64,000 bases of DNA from Lama glama. Its lineage: Eukaryota. How positions within the stretch are numbered: the first letter of the stretch is position 1; the number at the start of each line of letters is the position of its first letter. Under the pieces are notes generated by a model. It ran no database searches and had not been told where the DNA came from. It was given only the letters and a program-made list of their open reading frames with translations. Position numbers and translations under genes: made by a program. The stretch covers positions 60,514,001-60,578,000 of the forward strand of contig CM052816.1 in NCBI GenBank assembly GCA_028534125.1, given 5' to 3'. Shown here piece after piece: positions 13,092 to 25,217 of the stretch.

Positions 13092-13611
13092 TGTAATAGG
13101 GAAGAACAAATCTGACTCCATATTGATCTGTTCCTTTGACTCTTACCCTGTGCTCTGTTTGCTATACTTAGTCATGCTGGTTCTGCACCTTATGTAAAAG
13201 AAAGTCACCTATAGCCTGAAATACATAGGATAGCCTATTCTCAAGGCTCTGACCTTTAAGGGTATTAACACTTTTCCATTCATATAAAGATAAAAAGTTA
13301 CAGGATAGAAAATAACATTTTTCTTGTTGGAGGTTTACAGGGACATCATGACCTTACGTGGGTGGATAGCTGCAAGAACAAAGGATTCTGACATCAAGAA
13401 GTTGGCAACAACCAACCACACTCCCTCCCCTTTTTAGTATGAAAGGAGCCTGAATACAGTTGTGGTGAAGATGGTTCTCCAGGATATTAACCTGCCATCT
13501 TCTTGGTCTGCTGGCTTTCCAAATAAAGTCATTATTCCTTGCCCAAATACCTCATCTTCCTGTTTATTGATCTGTCATGCAGTGAGCAGAGCGAGTTTAG
13601 ACTCAATAACA
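13092..13611 (+). mobile_element. ERV1-class solo LTR (MER34/MER39-like), 520 bp
   Basis: TGTAATAGG...CAATAACA termini, AATAAA at about 13522, a U5-like end (ctgtcatgcagtgagcagagcgagtttagactc), and AAAA on both sides as a 4-bp TSD. Confidence 0.85.
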
Positions 13612-13876
13612 AAAAATACATAAGGACAATGAAAAGATGGCAATCAACCCAAAGAATCTCATCTAAAGGCTGCACATGTGGGGACTCCAGCTTCACACCT
13701 CCTGGAATTGTGAGAGATTGCAGCATGTGTTGGTGGTGGTCTCACAGCAGAGGTAACATCTGTACCTTGGATTTTCCCCAGTAGATCTGTTCCTTGTACA
13801 AAAGCCTCCTCTCTTTCCTCAGGCATGTACTTTACAAGCATCCATTGGTAAATAACTACTGAAATATATTAACAAG

Positions 13877-14342
13877 TGTGAAAATTCATATTTTATGGTA
13901 AAGAAAATTTAAACATAAAAAATCTTCTCCACCCTTTGGTCTCCTCGCTCCTCTCTACTGTGCATTGTGTATCTGCATTATGCATCGACCAAACCTCCCC
14001 ATGGGCAGAAATACCTGCTCAGGCATAAAGAGCAACGTTCTCGTAGAATCAACAAGACAACTCCTTAAACATAACATTCCTTCTTAATCTAGTAAGGGGC
14101 TGTGATGACTCATGACCCACTACTCACTTTGTACTAACAGATTTGGATTGCGCAAACTATCTACATCATTTAATGCACAGCCTTCTGTCTCAAAAACCTG
14201 TATTACTGTTCTTTGACCACTAAAAAGTGGAATAGTTCTCAGAGCTTTCTGAGAGGCTATTCCTGGGTTACAATCTTCAATTTGGTGCAAGTAAAATTTT
14301 CCATCTGTTTCTAGATCAACTGATTAATTTTTTATTAGTGCA
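13877..14342 (+). mobile_element. Second, different ERV1-class solo LTR
   Basis: TG...CA termini, R/U5-like ctcagagctttctgagaggctattcctgggttacaatcttcaatttgg followed by AGTAAA, and flanks caag/cagg as a near-TSD. Boundaries are approximate. Confidence 0.7.
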
Positions 14343-14460
14343 CAGGGTAGCTAGAAGCACTATCCAAGCTCAGGAGCTAGGGGCAGCTCCTATGAGTTGT
14401 CCATGTTAAGAAGTCTAATGCTTAAATCCAAGTGCTTTCAAAAATGTATATTTTAATTGC

Positions 14461-16400
14461 AAAAAAAAAAGGAAAGTTTAAAAAAAATCACTTTTAAAAT
14501 TGCATTACAAGAATACTTAGGAATAAACCTGACCAAGAAGGTAAAAGACTTATATGCAGAAAATTATAAAACATTGATTATGGAAATTAAAGATGATTTA
14601 AAGAAATGGAAAGACATCCCATGCTCTTGGATTGAAATAATTAATATTGTTAAAACAGCCACACTATCCAAATCAATCTACAGATTTAATGTGATTCCTA
14701 TCAAATTACCCAGGACATTTTTCACAGAACTAGAACAAATAATTCTAAAATTTATACGGAATCACAAAAGACCCAGAATTGTCAAAGCAATACTGAAGAA
14801 AAAGAACGAAGCTGGAGGAATAATCCTCTCAGATGTCAGGCAATACTACAGAGCTACAGTAATCCAAACAGCATGGTACTGGCACAAAAACAGACATATG
14901 GCTCAATGGAACAGAATAGAGAGTCCAGAAATAAGTCCACAGACCTATGGTCAATTAACCTTCAACAAAGGAGGCAAGAATATAAAAATGGAGAAAAGAT
15001 AGCCTCTTGAACAAGTGGTGCTGGAAAAGCTGGACAGATGCATGTAAGTCAGTGAAGTTAGAACACTCCCTCACACCATACACAAAAATAAACTCAAAAT
15101 GGCTTAAAGACTTAAACATAAGACAAGACACTGGAAACCTCCTAGAAAAAAAATAGGCAAAACATTTCCTGACATAAATCTTAGCAATGTTCTCATAAGG
15201 CAGTCTACCAAGGCAATAGAAATAAAAGCAAAGATAAACAATGGGCCCTAATTTAACTTATAACCTTTGCACAGCAAAGGAAATTATCAACAAAACAAAA
15301 GGACAACCTACAGACCTACAGAATGGGAGGTAATATTTGCAAATGATGCTACTGACAAGGGCTTAATTTTCAGAATATACAAACAGCTCATACAACTTAA
15401 TAACAAACAAACAAACAAAAAATCCAATCCAAAAATGGGCAGAAGACAAGTAATTCTCCAATGAAGACATACAAATGGTCAATAGGCACATGAAAAAATG
15501 CTCAATATCATGAATTATCAGAGAATTGCAAATCAAAACTCACACCAGTCAGAACGGCTATCATTAAAAAGTCCACAAAGGATAAATGCTGGAGACGGTG
15601 TGGAGAAAACGGAACCCTCCTACACTGGTGATGGGAATGTAGTTTGGTGCAACCACTATGGAAAATAGTACACAGAGTCCTCAAAAGACTAAAAATAGAC
15701 TTCCCATATGATCCAGCAATCCCATTCCTGGGCATGTATCTGGAAGGAACTCTAACTGGAAAAAATATATGCACCCCAATGTTCATAGCAGCACTATGTA
15801 CAATAGCCAAGACATGGAAGCAACAGAAATGTCCATCGACAGATGAATGGATAAAAAAGCTGTGGTATATTTATACTATGGAATACTACTCAGCCATAAA
15901 AAAGAATAAAATAAAGCCATTTGCACCAACATGGGTGGACCTGGAGATTGTCATACTAAGTGAAGTAAGCCAAAAAGAGAAAGAAAAATACCATATGATA
16001 ATGCTCATATGTGGAATCTAAGAAAAAAAAAAAAAAGAAGAAAAAAAGAGGACACTGATGAATACATCCACAAAACAGAAATAGACTCACAGACATAGTA
16101 AAGAATCTTATGGTTACCAAAGGAAAGGGGGTGGGAAGGGGTAAATTTGGGAGTTTGAGATTTGTACTTGTTAACCACTATATATAAAAATAAATAAAAA
16201 CCAAATTTCTTCTGTATAGCATAGGGAACTATATTCAATATCTTGTAATAACTTTTAATGAAAAAGAATATGAAAACAAATATATGTGTATACACACACA
16301 CACACACGACTGGGACATTATGCTGTAAGCCAGAAATTGACACATTGTAACTGACTATACTCAGTAAGAAAAACAAAACAAAACAAAACAAAACAAAACA
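14461..16400 (+). mobile_element. Lineage-specific L1, 5'-truncated: C-terminal part of ORF2 (disrupted), 3' UTR and (AAAAC)n tail
   Basis: ORFs 14457..15002 (YLGINLTK...KWKDIPCSW...[10 protein letters not shown]) and 15644..16021 ([10 protein letters not shown]...[18 protein letters not shown]) are classic L1 ORF2, broken by stops and frameshifts. Confidence 0.97.
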
Positions 16401-17075
16401 AGAACTAAAAATAGAGTTACCATATGATCCAGCAATTCCACTCCTGGGTATATATCTAGAGGAAACTCTAATTTGAAAAGATACATGCACCCCAATGTTC
16501 ACAGCAACACTTAGAGCCAAGACATGGAAGCAATCTAAATGCCCATCTGTCCATCAATAGATGATTGGATAAAAAGTTGTTTTTTATATGTATTTATGTG
16601 TAATAAACACACACACACACACACTGGAATACTACTCAGGCACAAAAAACAATAAAATGCCATTTGTAGCAACACGGATAGACATGGAGATTGTCATACT
16701 AAGTGAAGTAAGTCGGAAAAAGAGAGAGAAAAAAATTATCACTTTTATGTGGAATCTAAAAAAAAGACACAAATGAACTTACTTACAAAATAGACTCACA
16801 GGCATAGAAAACAAACTTATGGTTACCAGGGGGAAAGGGTGAGGGACAGAAAGATAAATTGAGAGTTCGGAATTTGTAGATGCTACTATGTATAAAATAG
16901 ATAAACAAGTTTAAACTGTATAGCAGAGGGAACTCTATTCGATATCTTGTAATAGCCTATAATGAAAAGGAATATATATCTGTATATGTATAACTCAATC
17001 ACTATGCTGTACACGAGAAATTAATACAACATTGTAAACCAACTACACTTCAATAAAAGAAAAAAAAAGAAACTT
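16401..17075 (+). mobile_element. Second L1 3' fragment (ORF2 end, 3' UTR, polyA) directly abutting the first
   Basis: Restarts at aactaaaaatagagttaccatatgatccagcaattcc (paralogous to about 15688), then has its own 3' UTR, AATAAA and A tail at 17052-17070. Confidence 0.92.
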
Positions 17076-18864
17076 AAAAAAATATGAAACACAGTTACCC
17101 AACATATGTGGGATTATAATGTGACAAGAAATAAAATTTTGTTAAGCCACTGGAAAACATAATTAAATTAGGAAGCATTTATATACATATATAATGAAAT
17201 GTTTATAATCCTGCCATGAGTTAGATTTTTCCATGTCATTATTGCATGAGTCTTATCCTTAGGAATCACATGAATGTTATAAATTGGATGGTCTGTTAGC
17301 ACAACACATGGATGTTTTATTCCTGCCTAGACCCCCATTAGTGTTAATAGGGAAAAGAGGACAACAGATGGACTTAAGGCAGCCATTAGAAGGCTCTAAC
17401 ACTGTGCCATAGTTGGTCGTGATTACATCAAACTTTATACAAATTTGCTTTCTGATGACTACCAAGAGCCTCTAAAAAGTGTGTTGCTGTTGTATTCATG
17501 CATCATTTGCTGCCTACAGTTTAAGAAAATTAGCATCTGTCAACTGCATTATTCAGCTGCACAGGGTGGAAATGAGTGGATAATGCCATTCCCAATTTGT
17601 TGTCTGAGAGGTGAGCTTGCCTAGCAATCTGGCAGCGAGATTTTTATACTGAATCAAGCTTGTTGTTACACCTGAAACTCTGACCCGCTCTGTGTTCTTT
17701 GGAAACACATTTCCAAAATTCCAATATGCTTATTAAATCATTTCTTAGGTATTGTCTACTGACATAACTAGAATTCAGAGGTAATAAATACAGGTCCATC
17801 TTACAGCTGAAATCTGTTAGCCAGAGTGATAGGAGAACTTCTCAGGCTCCAACCACAGAGGCAGGGGTTATCTAAATTTTACTGGTTACTATTACTGTTT
17901 TGGTCATAGGTTCTTTACTTAACAGAGTGAGTAGAAAGATCTGCAGCCTTTTAAGGTTATAGGTAAAAATAAGCAGATTACTAAACCTGGACTCAGGCTA
18001 TGCCTTGGTTCTATCTAGGCTACATATGGTCTCTTTCCTGCAATGTATTTTCTTTATTTCCATCCTGAATTCCAAAAAACAAGAAGACCTCCATAAATGC
18101 ATGTCTTCAAACATAATATACCTGCTTCCAAAGCACCCCAAAGCTTGAAGTATCCCTCTGAAGCAGGAAAATATCAGGTCAGCAATAATTTCAGCAGAAC
18201 AGCTATGTAAAGAATTAAATATAGCCTCTGGAGACCTACTTTGTCGTCAGAGAGTTATAGTACCTGACTAGATTTAAAAGCTTGCAGTGCCAAAGTTCCA
18301 TAACACCTGAACTGCAACAGAGATTTAGCAGTCAGTCCACGGTCTCACATTTTGGGTGATTTCTCTTGGATTACAAACAGGACATCAAAGGGAAAATAAG
18401 ACCCAGGAACTACATGCCCAAGCAGTCTTTAGAAGTGGCTTATGGTGCTCAGTTTACATGAGAATTCTGGAAAAGTTTGTTTACTCCTTTAAGGTACCCA
18501 CCTAGCAGAAGGGAGTCTAAGGTGGCCCGCGTGTTGCTCCTAAGGGTTGTGGTGAGGCAGGGGAGCCACAGAAGGGAGGGTAGGAGAATGGGGCAGAGGC
18601 AAGGGGCTGGGGACAAAAAGGGCAATGGGGAGCTGACACTGTGCTGGTGCTATGAGTGGGCAGATGGGGCTACATGCTCATATCACTCATCTAATAGCTT
18701 TCCCTTTGGGCCTCCAGGCTGCCGCTGTCCTGAGCATCTACTGAAGCTCTCAAAGTAGTCCCCGGAAAGCTCCCATCTACCACTAAAGTGGGAAGAGGGC
18801 CATCCCCATCACTTTTCCCTCCCCACTGCCTACTAAAACCCCCCTCACTTAATTCCACGTTCGG

Positions 18865-19695
18865 GTGTCTACACAAGAGAATTGAAAGCAGGGACTCAAA
18901 ACAGGTATTTGTACCCATGTTTATAGCAGCATTATGGAAAACAAACTTATGGTTACCAGGGAGGGAAGCGGTGGGAAGGGATAAATTGGGAGTTTGAGAT
19001 TTGCAGACACTAACTACTATATATAAAATAGATAAACAACAAGTTTATACTGTATAGCACAGGGAACTATAGTCAGTATCTTATATAACTTATGGTTAAA
19101 AAGAATATGAAAATGAATATATATATATGTTCATGTATAACTGAAATATTGTGCTGTACACCAGAAATTGACACAACATTGTAGACTGACTATACTTCAA
19201 TTAAAAAAAAATATATATATATATAAAACAACAGCCTCAAGGTGAGAATAACACTAATGTCCATTAATGGATGAATGGATAAACAAAATGTGGTGTATAC
19301 AAACAATGATGTAGGACTCAGCCTTTCAAAGGAAGGAAACTGACACATGCTACACATGTGTGAACATGTGCTACACATGGATGAACCCTGAAGACAGGCT
19401 AAATGAAATAAGCCAGACACAAACGGACACATTTATATGACTCCACTTATATGAGGTTCCTGGAATAGTCAAGTTCATTGAGACAGCAAGTGTAACAGTG
19501 GTTACTGGGGGGCGGGGGAAGTGGGGGAATGAGGCATTATTGTTTAATGGTTAAGAGTTTCAGTTTGAGGTGGTGAAAAAGTTCTAGAGGTGGATAATGG
19601 GGATTGTTGCACAACAATATGAAAGTGCTAAATGCCACTGAATTGTATGCTTAAAAGTGATTAAAACAGAAAATTTTGTTATGGATATTTTAACA
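18865..19695 (+). mobile_element. Ancient L1MB-type 3' end interrupted by a younger L1 3' UTR
   Basis: aagagaattgaaagcagggactcaaa...gcagcattat resumes after the insert as caacagcc...atggatgaatggataaacaaaatgtgg...aatgccactgaattgta. Confidence 0.85.
18937..19226 (+). mobile_element. Young L1 3' UTR fragment nested in L1MB
   Basis: gaaaacaaacttatggttaccagg...ctatacttcaattaaaaaaaa is homologous to the 3' UTRs at 16.1, 16.8 and 61.3 kb. Confidence 0.9.
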
Positions 19696-22167
19696 CATAC
19701 ACAGGTACACACACACACATATATAATTACCCTCCCTTGCTTAGCCAAAACCACTGCACCTTCCACAGGAAAAAATGAGGGAGTTCCTTTTATTGTCCAA
19801 AAGAAGGCATCCACAGTGAACTACAACAGCACCTGCTTTCACAAGTTATGCTTAAATTATACTTCAGCCCTGAGTCATTTGTGAGTCAGAGGAACTGAGT
19901 TTTTCAAGAACCCTCAAACTTTTGGAATGGAGAAAGCCTGAGGACCATGCTAAGTCACTGGCTGGATCTGGGCAGAATCCATGAGTCAGCAGCCATCACC
20001 CTAACCTGTACTCCATCATCGAGCTTTTTCTCTCGCACACCACACCGCTCAGCCCTCAACATCAGCTGCCACATTACAGGGACCACCATGCTCATGGGCC
20101 GCGAGCACCTCCCTTTGCTCATCTCAGCTGTGCTGCTATGACACAGAGACATGTTCCTTTCACCTTCTCTCTCACACGGGTGGCTGATTTCCAATTTCCT
20201 GTCCCCACTGCCAAAGAATAACTATACTTAGACAGGACTGACAGTACAGCTAAATCATTCTTCTTAATGGCATAAATAAATATAATTTGAGAAACCAACA
20301 GACTTGTGACCAGGGACTGCTGAAGTTCACTGACTCCAATATTGAGCTGCTATTCTAGCCTTAAAAAAATGGGAAAAAAAAAAGTGGTGTATGTTGACTC
20401 ATACAAGTAAAGTCCAATGCATAGGCTTGACCCCAAGTCCTTGAAGACATCACTCTCTACTAGCTAGGGATCTCCCCCCATTGACAGGAAACAGAGCTGA
20501 ATGGAGAGAGGATGCGTGTCTTTGAGGAGATGGGCTGTCACGACGAGCATGATGACGCCAGTGGGATATCAAGGTCTGAATCAGATTAATCGCCCAATGC
20601 AGCAGTCTCCAAATTTATGTTTTGCTACTAGCCTCAAATCCACCAGAGATGCCCAATTTCACTTCTTAGACTATTATCATCAGCATTTTGTATTTAACAC
20701 AGAATGGCGAGACAATACTACCAACCACAACACTAGCAACCACAAGGACCTAGTGACAAAGTTAGGGGGATGCTTTAAAGGGAAGCTTGTAGCCAGCAGG
20801 GCAGATAGCAGATGGTAAGAGTTTAGGGCAAGCCTAGACTGACTGGGTCCATGAGAAGCAGTTCAAGGAGTCTTGCGAGCCCATTCCATACCATGAGCCA
20901 GGGACTATGGGAAGATGACACACGCCTGCCTACAACACAGGAATCAAAGCCCATGAACAAACCACAGGTTATGCGAGCATCTCAAGCTGCGGCTGCCACT
21001 GTCAGCTGCAGCTTTACATCAAAAGTAACTTTCAGAGTGGACAATGCAACCAGATGACCCAAAGGTACAGCGGCCTTTTCACCCTCTGTCACAGACAGCC
21101 ACCCTGTTACTCTTGCCACTGTATGACAGAAGGACAGAAACGCCAACACACAGTCTGTGTTTAAATGGAAACAGTTCAACTCTACACTCCCCGAGAAATC
21201 TATGTGGCCTTTCCTCTCTTTTCCCTTAACTTGTTCTTAAAGAAGAAATATTCTTCTTATCTAGCAAGATTACCAAATTCTAATAAAGGGAGGTATGAGG
21301 ATCATCTGAGTTGATACATGACACAGAGCTTAGTAAGCTTCAATGTTTCTGTTATTTTAAGTATTCACACTGCTGCCTTTCGGCGTGCCAACCCCCAGAA
21401 AATTCTCCCATTGTGCAATGAGACTCAGCCCTGGCCAGCAACTCCCGGATGCAGCTAGACCACTGAGGAGTCTCCATTCAGTTGGTGACTGTCTGGATTT
21501 AAAATTTTTATCCAAAGATACATAATGGTTTGGCTCTAAGCTCTCTGTACAGACCAAAGGCTAATGTGACAACTTAACATTGATTTTTAAAGAAGTATGA
21601 AATAGAGCTACTCTAATGAGCATATGATAACAAGAATCTGACGCTAAGCAGCACTGCGGGAAATGTCCTGAGGGCACCCAGGAGCTGGGTGGGGATGCTG
21701 TGTAAGCGATGCTGGGCATAGGTCAGAGTTAACATCTGCAATCTGGCCTCCCTCCATCCTCGTATTGAAATATAATTCAGCAGAATGAATTGCCAGACAT
21801 GTCTAACCCCCCTGGGAAATGACAGATATTGATGAATGCTGTTGGGAAGATATATGGAAGGAAACGGCAAATAAATAGAACCATTTTTTCTCAGAGTCAT
21901 TTTGTAAATGTGTGGAGCAGCTGTTAAACTACTTGTCAGCTCCTCATCCTCTCTTCCTTTCTCCTTCCTCACCCCCATCTGCATTCTCTACACCTTTCTA
22001 TAACCTCCCCGAGGACCAGTATCTTGCCCTCTTCAAAATGATAAACGAGTAAGAGCCATCTCCTCCTCCCCTGTCATACTCTGACTGCTCAAGCCACTTA
22101 TTCCAATCCTTTCCAAAACTGCATTCCATCCAAACACGTTTGCTGCCCTCTCTGGATCCTGGAAAGA

Positions 22168-22413
22168 TAGGTGACCCTTGAACAACATAGATTTGAACTG
22201 CACAGGTCCACTTACTCACGAATTATTTTCAGTAGTAAATACTGCAGTACTACACCATACACAAATGATTCAATCTGCAGGGTGGAACCACGGATACAAA
22301 GGAAACACAAATGCGAAGGCACCGTGCACAGGGAGGGCTCGCTATAAGTTATACATGGATTTGGGACTGGAGGGTGGGTATCCCAAACCTCCACATTGTT
22401 CTAGGGGCAACTG
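22168..22413. mobile_element. Tigger2-derived MITE (MER8-like)
   Basis: Terminal inverted repeats (t)aggtgacccttgaacaac ... attgttctaggggcaactg, about 246 bp apart. Confidence 0.8.
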
Positions 22414-22494
22414 TCCAATTTTGAAGTCATGAAATGAAACTGTTGAATTCAAGTCTATTACCATTTGGTCCCTGTCACGACGTTCAAATTCACA

Positions 22495-22690
22495 AATCAA
22501 AGCCTGACTATTACTGTGTAGCAGCTGTGTGACCTTGTTAACATCTTAAACCTCAGTTTCCCATAAATGTTCTGTAAAACGAGAGGACTGACCAACATCC
22601 TGGGGTGACTGAGTACTACTTTAGAATATCAACAGAGAGCCTGTCATACCATCTGGCAAACAGAAGATCTTCAAAAGCAATGACTAATTA
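22495..22690 (+). mobile_element. MIR SINE fragment
   Basis: agctgtgtgaccttg...cctcagtttccc...tgtaaaa core. Confidence 0.6.
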
Positions 22691-25039
22691 TCCCGTCTAC
22701 TGTCCGCTGCTGAACAACTCTTCCTGGCAAGGGCATTCCTCCTTGGTGTCATCCTTGGACTGGATCAGATGCTCTCCAGTTCGGGGTCCTTTGGGGTAAG
22801 TGGCTCTCATTCCATTCACTAAGTGGACTCAGCAGCACAGAGTGGGAAGCCAGTCAGATAGGGGATTGCACCCTGCTCTCACCATTTATTAGCTGGGGAA
22901 CCCTGGATAAATTACTTTGCTTCTCTGGGTTTTCATGTCTAGATCTCTAGGAATGATAGTAGGTAACACATGCCAACTGCCCACCACAAAGTGGAACACA
23001 ATTTGTGTTCAGTGGTAGCTCAGGTCTCCTCCAGGCTGCTTTACCCGTCTTGGCATCACTGGCATTGAATCCACAACCAGGGGTGGTACTAGCCTTACTT
23101 TCCCCCATCAACCACCTGCTTCCACGGAGCTGCATGTGTGTAGAGCACCATTTATCTCTGTACCCAATATGCTCCTCTACATTTAAACTGTGTCACCTGG
23201 GACCGTATCTCATCTGTCTTTGTGGCCCCACGTCACACCCCGCACACAGAACCGACTAAACCTTTACAGGGTCACACCCTTATGTCTGTGTATATTTACT
23301 CACTCTCTTCTCTCTCATTTATATTTCTCCCAAGGTTCAAATTGTTCCTTTATTGTTTAGTTCCCCATTGCCTAGAATATTCAAATATGGTTCAGTTGTT
23401 TGTTTTGTAACAATAACAGTGATGAAAAGGACTCGGCAGCCTTAAATTTGACGCAGAGAACATCATGTCACTTTTACTGGCTTTGATTTTCTCTTCTGAA
23501 AGCTGTCTCCAAAAGAGTCCAACACCTCCACAAAACACTTTGTATTTTCAAGCCAAACTGATTAACCTCAGTACATGTGAGGACAATTTGTACTTAGGAT
23601 GTTACTTTTTAGAGAAATTATGAATCCTACTCAATACTATTCTTTCGCATACTAGGATGTTTTGATGGCAGCCCTGAGATGCTAAGCATTTCTGACAACT
23701 GCCCTACATCCAAACAGTTATCGCAGAGGCCAAGGAGGAATCGGGACCAGGAATTTTACAAGAGAAACAAAAAGAACAAAGGCAGCCACAAGGGCATAAA
23801 ATAAACTCCATATGACAATCTAAGCAGAAATTTCCAGACAAGTACCAATTTCCTAACAGGTTCTCTATTTTTACAAAGAAACCTCTATATACAATCTAAT
23901 TCTGATAGCAGTATAGTTCCACATACATTGCTTTAGAACAGTTTCTAGTTCCATGCTGGTGTTTGTATTCCAAACAGATTTAAAATTTTTCCTCCTCAAT
24001 GGCTACGTATGGTCCCAGAAGAATCTCGCGTTTCTGTACTAAATGTTTGTTGATACTGATTAATGAGTAAGCCGAAAATCTAGAACACGATTATAACATT
24101 TTTTTTCAAAAACATCACATAAATCTCCAGCACCTCCAAATGCCATTTTGTTAGTGTCCTCTTTCTGGGGTGGAGGTTCTCCATCAGGGACCGTAAAACC
24201 CGCTGCCTTCTTCCCTTGCTAGGAAAGTTAACGCCCACTCTAGCTGGTTTAAAAGCAATAGGATCTAGGAACCACTGTTATCCAAACTGCAACCCTGTGC
24301 CCTGAATTAAATTCTAACGAATCCTAAGTGTGCTGCAAAATTTAACACTGCCCTTGTTTTTACCATGAGGAAAATTTAAGCCAAGATTAGCATCATGATT
24401 GCCTCAAGCACTGCTCGGAAATTAATGACCAGTGTAGGGCTGGAATTCAACCTTTCCATGTCTGGTCTAAAATATAGCCCCTGACTTCTTCTGAAAGCTC
24501 AGATGTCATTAAGTAGTCTTGAACTCCAAGGTCAGTGCCACATGTCTTAAAGTAACAGCATCACTAGGCTACTTCCCACTCCTCTTTAGGGAATTCAGCC
24601 ATGCTTATGGGACAATCAGTGTGCTCTGGTGCTCAGGTAGGGGATTTGGTTGTTCCAGTCATCCTCCAAATAGTCATCTCTCAAGATCAAGAGCCTGATC
24701 ATCTTCCAGCCATTCCATTAAATGCATTTAACCTCCTATTATTTGAATCCACAGAGAGCACTGTGACTGTCAAAAGAGTGGCAGTGGGGCACATACACGC
24801 AGACTTTCACACATTAAAGAATATATCATATATCAGATCTGCTTATGGTTGTCCAGAAACTTGGTCCTGTCTCCAAGAAGACTGCAGGTAAAGTTAAAGG
24901 TGGAAGGGTTCATAAGAAAAGAATAGTGTACTAATGCCTAGGTGTAAGGTCTCTAGGCCCTTGCCCCTCACACCATGCACGTACCTATGAGAAACATGTC
25001 TGTGAAGGCCTCGGTATACAACCCTTCCTGCAGCTACGG

Positions 25040-25217
25040 ATAGACTTGCCAGATTTCACAAATTAAAATACAAGATGCCTAAACAAACTGGAATTCAAGT
25101 AAATATGAATATGTATACCCCAAATATCACAATGGACATATGTATACCAAATATTATTACTTGTCTCTCTGAAATTAAACTTTAATGGAGGGACATGTGT
25201 TTCATCTGGAGATTCCA
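25040..25217. mobile_element. MER53-like palindromic hAT MITE
   Basis: ttgccagatttcacaaattaaaatacaagatgcc ... tctgaaattaaactttaa...catctgg matches the recalled MER53 layout. Confidence 0.7.

Noticed and set aside
13092..14342. The two LTRs as the ends of one deleted provirus
   Set aside because: The LTRs are not similar to each other, each has its own flanking (near-)TSD, and the 265-bp spacer has no primer-binding site after the first LTR.
14457..16021. 181-aa and 125-aa ORFs as functional genes
   Set aside because: They are fragments of a 5'-truncated L1 ORF2 separated by stops and frameshifts, with no ORF1, endonuclease domain or intact reverse transcriptase.
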